From Nitrospirota bacterium (GTDB lineage Bacteria; Nitrospirota; Thermodesulfovibrionia; Thermodesulfovibrionales; UBA1546), in contig JACQXE010000001.1 of assembly GCA_016208915.1 (NCBI GenBank), forward strand, positions 1-31,394: a DNA stretch of 31,394 nucleotides. The letters run 5' to 3'. Numbering within the stretch: the first letter of the stretch is position 1; each line of letters opens with the position of its first letter. Shown here in pieces: positions 27,593 through 31,394 of the stretch. The position numbers and the translations under genes are program-made. The notes under the pieces were generated by a model that worked only from the letters and a program-made list of their open reading frames with translations, had not been told where the DNA came from and ran no database searches.

Positions 27593-28398
27593 CCCGTATG
27601 CCCCTGATAACTCTTACAACAGACTTTGGGTATAAAGATCCATTTGTAGGAATGATGAAGGGAGCGATATTTAATATAAACCCTTCTGCCCTAATAGTTG
27701 ACATAACCCATGACATAAATCCTTATAACATACGAGAGGCAGCGATAGCTGTTGATGTTAGTCACAGCTTCTTCCCTCCTACAACAGTTCACGTGGTTGT
27801 TGTTGACCCTGGTGTTGGCTCAAACAGACGGCCCATACTCGTTGTAACGGACCAGCATTACTTTGTAGGGCCTGACAATGGTGTGTTTTCGCTAATATAT
27901 ACTTCAAATAGCAGGACGCTTGATGTAAGACATATAATCTCAGAGCATTATTTTCTGCCTCAGAAAGGATCAACTTTTCATGGCAGAGACATATTTGCGC
28001 CAGTTGCCGCATGGCTTACTAAAGGGATAGAATCAGCCAAATTCGGTGACATTATCACCGACTATGTAACCCTGCCTTTCCCCTCAGTCTCAATGCCGAC
28101 AAAGACAACACATGAAGGAGAGGTTATCTACATAGATCGCTTTGGTAATGCAATAACCAACATAAAGTCCTCAGAAGTTGATGCGCTCTACAGCATTAAT
28201 CCTGAGGCAAAACTTAGAGTCTTGATAAAAGGCAAAAGGGTAGAGATCAAAAACTATTATTCCCAGGTTTCAGACAAAGAACTCTATGCATTAATAAACA
28301 GCTCAGGGTATCTTGAGCTTTTTGTTTACAGAGGGAATGCAGCTGGTGAATTCAATATAAAAACAGGGGATACTGTTGGTGTTATTCTTAACGTATAG
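27586..28398 (+). CDS. SAM hydroxide adenosyltransferase (DUF62 / SAM hydrolase family)
   Basis: [26 protein letters not shown] and FHGRDIFAP signature blocks; GGAGG RBS. Confidence 0.85.
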   Translation: MLTRMPLITLTTDFGYKDPFVGMMKGAIFNINPSALIVDITHDINPYNIREAAIAVDVSHSFFPPTTVHVVVVDPGVGSNRRPILVVTDQHYFVGPDNGVFSLIYTSNSRTLDVRHIISEHYFLPQKGSTFHGRDIFAPVAAWLTKGIESAKFGDIITDYVTLPFPSVSMPTKTTHEGEVIYIDRFGNAITNIKSSEVDALYSINPEAKLRVLIKGKRVEIKNYYSQVSDKELYALINSSGYLELFVYRGNAAGEFNIKTGDTVGVILNV

Positions 28399-28524
28399 CA
28401 CCTTAATAAAAACTCAACCTCTTTTCGGGCTATTATGAATATAGAAAAGGCCATCCAGAAAATTATAGCAACAAAATTCAAACTGTAATATAATAGGCTT
28501 GATTCTATAATTAGGGAGGAGACA

Positions 28525-29571
28525 ATGATAATTAAAAGAATTGGTTATATGTGTGTTTTGACATTTTTGTTTTTCGTCTTTGCCTATTCATATTTATTCG
28601 GACAGGAAATGGAATACAAGGAATATAAAATCCAGAAAGGCGATACGCTCTGGGATATTTCTTCTAAGGAGTTTGCAGAAAAGGACCCTTTTCTCTGGCC
28701 AAAGATATGGAAGGAAAATCTTGATATTAAAAATCCTGATCTGATATATCCGGGCCAGACTATAAAAATACCGCTGAAGCTCCTTCTTAAGGAAATGCCT
28801 GAGGAAGCAGTCCCTGAAGAAAAGGTTGCACGTCCAGAACCTGTAAAAACAGAGCCGCCCAAAAAAGAAGAACCTCCCAAACCTGTTGAGAGAAAGATAG
28901 AACCCATTACAAAGGGCTATGTCGCAGATAAGGACCTGTTAATATCGAGCGGTTATATTACTGACTATATCTCGGACCAGGTGAAAAACGTAGGCAGAAT
29001 AGTTAGCTCTCCATCTGGAAGAACATTGTTAGGAGAAAGCGACTTTGTATATATCAAGACAAACAATCCTGTAAATATAGGCGAGAAATTTTATATTCTA
29101 CGCTCAGCTGCGCTCGTGAAGCATCCAAAAACAAAAAATAAGTTAGGCCATCTTATTGAAGTTCCTGGGATTGTAGAAGTGGTTGGCACAGAGAATGGAT
29201 CAATAAAGGCTAAAGTTATACAGTCTTACAATGATGTGCGTATCGGAGACTTGCTCGATACCTATTATGAAGTCGAACCTGTAATGGAAGAAGATTCACC
29301 GAGAACACCAGAGGTCAGCGGATATATCGTAGCAACACGGCATATGAAGATTATAAGCAGCTCTTATGACATACTTTTCATTGACAAAGGAAGCAGCAAT
29401 GGGCTTGAAGTAGGCGATATGCTAAAAACAATTTCCATCGATCCTGAGAACAAATCGAGAACAACAGGTGCTATACAGATTATAAGCTTAAAGAACACCA
29501 CAGCAACTGCTATTATTAAGAGAAGTGAAGGTGCTGTAGGTACAGGAGACGCGGTAGTAAGCCTTAAGTAA
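28525..29571 (+). CDS. Secreted/membrane-anchored LysM-domain protein with Pro/Glu/Lys-rich linker and uncharacterised C-terminal domain
   Basis: N-terminal hydrophobic segment, LysM motif (YKIQKGDTLWDIS...YPGQTIKIP), PEEAVPEEK...KPVERK linker. Confidence 0.8.
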   Translation: MIIKRIGYMCVLTFLFFVFAYSYLFGQEMEYKEYKIQKGDTLWDISSKEFAEKDPFLWPKIWKENLDIKNPDLIYPGQTIKIPLKLLLKEMPEEAVPEEKVARPEPVKTEPPKKEEPPKPVERKIEPITKGYVADKDLLISSGYITDYISDQVKNVGRIVSSPSGRTLLGESDFVYIKTNNPVNIGEKFYILRSAALVKHPKTKNKLGHLIEVPGIVEVVGTENGSIKAKVIQSYNDVRIGDLLDTYYEVEPVMEEDSPRTPEVSGYIVATRHMKIISSSYDILFIDKGSSNGLEVGDMLKTISIDPENKSRTTGAIQIISLKNTTATAIIKRSEGAVGTGDAVVSLK

Positions 29572-29572
29572 T

Positions 29573-30994
29573 TTAGGTTGTAAGGGTTTTAAGCGCCTTA
29601 AGCCTGCTTGGGTGTTTGAGTTTTCTCAATGCTTTTGCCTCTATCTGGCGTACCCTTTCCCTTGTAATGGAAAGGTGTCTGCCGACTTCTTCGAGCGTAT
29701 GATCCCTGTCAGCGCCTATGCCGAATCTCATTCTTATAACCCTTTCTTCCTTTGGAGTAAGGGTCTTCAATATCTGCTGCATCTGCTCTGATATCTCACT
29801 CCGTTCTGCATCAGCATCTGGAGAGGGACTATTTTTGTCTCCGATAAAATCTTCGAGTTCTGTATCCTCATCGCCAACAGGGGTCTGAAGTGCGATGGGA
29901 TCCTGGATAGCCCTGAATACCTCCTCGACCTTTCTTGTTGGCACTCCAAGTTTTTTTGCTATTTCCTCGTTGGAAGGCTCTCTGCCGAGCGTTTGAGTCA
30001 GCTCCCGGGACGCCTTTGTAACTCTGTTGTAAAATTCCATCATGTGTACCGGCACACGGATCGTCTTAGTCTGATCTATGAGCGCTCTTGTTATTGCCTG
30101 CCTTATCCACCAAGTGGCATAGGTCGAAAATTTGAAGCCTTTCTCATACTTGAACTTGTCAACAGCCTTCATGAGACCGATATTGCCTTCCTGAATGAGA
30201 TCAAGAAGCGGAAGTCCTCTGCCTACGTAGTTCTTAGCAATATTTACCACAAGCCTGAGGTTCCTCGTAATCAGCTCATTCTTTGCCTCCATCACAAGCG
30301 CTCGAGCCTTAGAGAGACGATCCCATAAGCCCTTGAGATCATCAATCTTTACCCCTATTTCTTGTTCAAATTTCCTGTATTCCTGCTGCACCTCTTTTGC
30401 AATAACATCAAGCTTCTTTGTATTTATGCCTTTATTCTTTTTCTCATGTATTGCCTTCCTGAGTTCTTTGAAAGAACTATAACGAAGAATCTTTCTGTCT
30501 GTCTGGGCAACTGCTTCCATCAATACGCCAAGCCTATTAAGGGTTTTCAAGAGCAACTCATCAGCCCTTTCTTCTTCAGACAGAGGCTCTTCATCTTCCT
30601 CCTCAATGAGAACTTCCCCTCTCTTGTAAATCGGCAGTGCAGTTATTATATCCTTTATTATCTTTTTGCCTTCTTCTAGCCTTTTTGCAAGTTCTGTTTC
30701 TTCATATCTCGTAAGGATCGAGATATTGCCCATAGAATGAAAATAAGCCTGAACAAGATCTTCTGTCTTTTCATATTCTTCGATCTCTTCTTCCGGCACT
30801 TCTTCTTCCATAAGGAGTCCTTCCTCTTGCTCTACAACCTTGACTCCCATATCCTGCAGCAGGTCCATTAAGTCCTCTAATTCATCAGGTGAGAAAAATT
30901 CGGAAGGAAGAGCTTCATTTATCTCGTCGTAGGTAATAACTCCGCGCCTCTTACCTACTTCAAGTATCTCTTCAAATATATCTCTTTCTCTCAT
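29573..30994 (-). CDS. rpoD: RNA polymerase primary sigma factor
   Basis: Region 1.2 through 4.2 present (DLIQEGNIGLMKAVDKFKYEKGFKFSTYATWWIRQAITRA; C-terminal HTH); 473 aa. Confidence 0.95.
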   Translation of the reverse strand: MRERDIFEEILEVGKRRGVITYDEINEALPSEFFSPDELEDLMDLLQDMGVKVVEQEEGLLMEEEVPEEEIEEYEKTEDLVQAYFHSMGNISILTRYEETELAKRLEEGKKIIKDIITALPIYKRGEVLIEEEDEEPLSEEERADELLLKTLNRLGVLMEAVAQTDRKILRYSSFKELRKAIHEKKNKGINTKKLDVIAKEVQQEYRKFEQEIGVKIDDLKGLWDRLSKARALVMEAKNELITRNLRLVVNIAKNYVGRGLPLLDLIQEGNIGLMKAVDKFKYEKGFKFSTYATWWIRQAITRALIDQTKTIRVPVHMMEFYNRVTKASRELTQTLGREPSNEEIAKKLGVPTRKVEEVFRAIQDPIALQTPVGDEDTELEDFIGDKNSPSPDADAERSEISEQMQQILKTLTPKEERVIRMRFGIGADRDHTLEEVGRHLSITRERVRQIEAKALRKLKHPSRLKALKTLTT

Positions 30995-31054
30995 TATGCT
31001 CCCCGCAGGTCCAAGACCTTAAAACTTAGAGAATAAAAAAACCCCTTTCCCCTA

Positions 31055-31082
31055 ATTTTACTCTTTTTTTTATATTTGACAA
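31055..31082 (-). promoter_or_regulatory. Putative sigma-70 promoter for rpoD (TTGTCA, 16-nt spacer, TAAAAT)
   Basis: Hexamers read on the minus strand ~60 nt upstream of the rpoD ATG, between the 23S 3' end and rpoD. Confidence 0.35.
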
Positions 31083-31161
31083 GGGGATCAGGGGATTAAA
31101 ACTATTTTTTATTTTTAAACAGTTTTCTATCCCAACTGTTGACAACAGAAGGAAATAAAAT

Positions 31162-31394
31162 AAGGGTCAAGTCGCACGGCCTATTAGTACTGGTCAGCTG
31201 AATGCATTACTGCACTTACACCTCCAGCCTATCAACGTGGTAGTCTACCACAGACCTTTAGGTGGCTTACGCCACGGGAGACCTAATCTTGGGGTGGGCT
31301 TCACGCTTAGATGCCTTCAGCGTTTATCCTCTCCAGACATAGCTACCCGGCATTGCCATTGGCATGACAACCGGAACACTAGAGGTCTGTCCAT
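31162..31394 (-). rRNA. rrl: 23S rRNA, 3'-terminal ~230 nt (gene continues beyond the window end)
   Basis: The reverse complement matches the universally conserved 23S domain VI and 3' end (GTTGTCATGCCAATGGCA...GCTGAAGGCATCTAAGCG...GTTGATAGGCTGGAGGTGTAAGTGCAG...GTACTAATAGGCCGTGCGACTTGACCCTT). Confidence 0.9.

Noticed and set aside
31036-31110. CCCC-TTT-CCCC and GGGG-ATCA-GGGG runs between rpoD and 23S as a CRISPR-like or terminator structure
   Set aside because: The G-runs and C-runs are not mutually complementary in a way that gives a stable terminator hairpin, and there is no repeat-spacer periodicity.
30995-31161. Search for 5S rRNA or tRNA downstream of the 23S 3' end
   Set aside because: No 5S-like conserved blocks (for example CCCATGCCGAAC, GTGAAAC) or tRNA T-loop signatures found.

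Overview
This is a ~31.4 kb chromosomal window from a moderately AT-rich bacterium, and most of it is ordinary housekeeping genes. On the plus strand: rny-ymdB, a DksA/TraR-type zinc-finger protein, a citrate-synthase-family gene, greA, a SAM hydroxide adenosyltransferase and a LysM protein. On the minus strand: MFS-fabD-etfA(ferredoxin-fused)-etfB, tldD-queD-hpt-FHA, two orphan peptide-type ABC permeases, purC, a P-type cation ATPase, a zinc-ribbon / SPFH cluster, a beta-carbonic anhydrase and rpoD. The window ends inside the 3' end of a minus-strand 23S rRNA gene; no 5S rRNA follows it.

The main accessory signal is a ~4.3 kb AT-richer segment (23096-27439) wedged between greA and a 3' stub of the resident pyrD. 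It carries a frameshifted alpha-class DNA methyltransferase with an internal Cys4 zinc ribbon. Next is a 652-aa protein that fuses an uncharacterised ~310-aa domain to a divergent PyrK-like FAD/[2Fe-2S] reductase, followed by a complete class-1B pyrD. The displaced 3' end of the original pyrD (about 50 codons) sits immediately after it in another frame. I read this as a xenologous replacement of pyrK-pyrD by an island that also carries a methyltransferase and an unknown domain. It could be a novel flavin-dependent nucleic-acid modification module or an R-M-like hitchhiker.

Other oddities:
- An in-frame 126-nt nested GC-palindromic element inside the P-type ATPase gene.
- A duplicated 44-nt segment encoding the C-terminal motif of a PGPGW-like small membrane protein, found next to an SPFH gene and two zinc-ribbon proteins.
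- A 74-codon HtpX N-terminal stub preceded by a promoter-leader-terminator unit that looks like a riboswitch or sRNA.
- A histone-like lysine-rich tail on the DksA-family protein.
- Direct-repeat operator-like sites near the window start.
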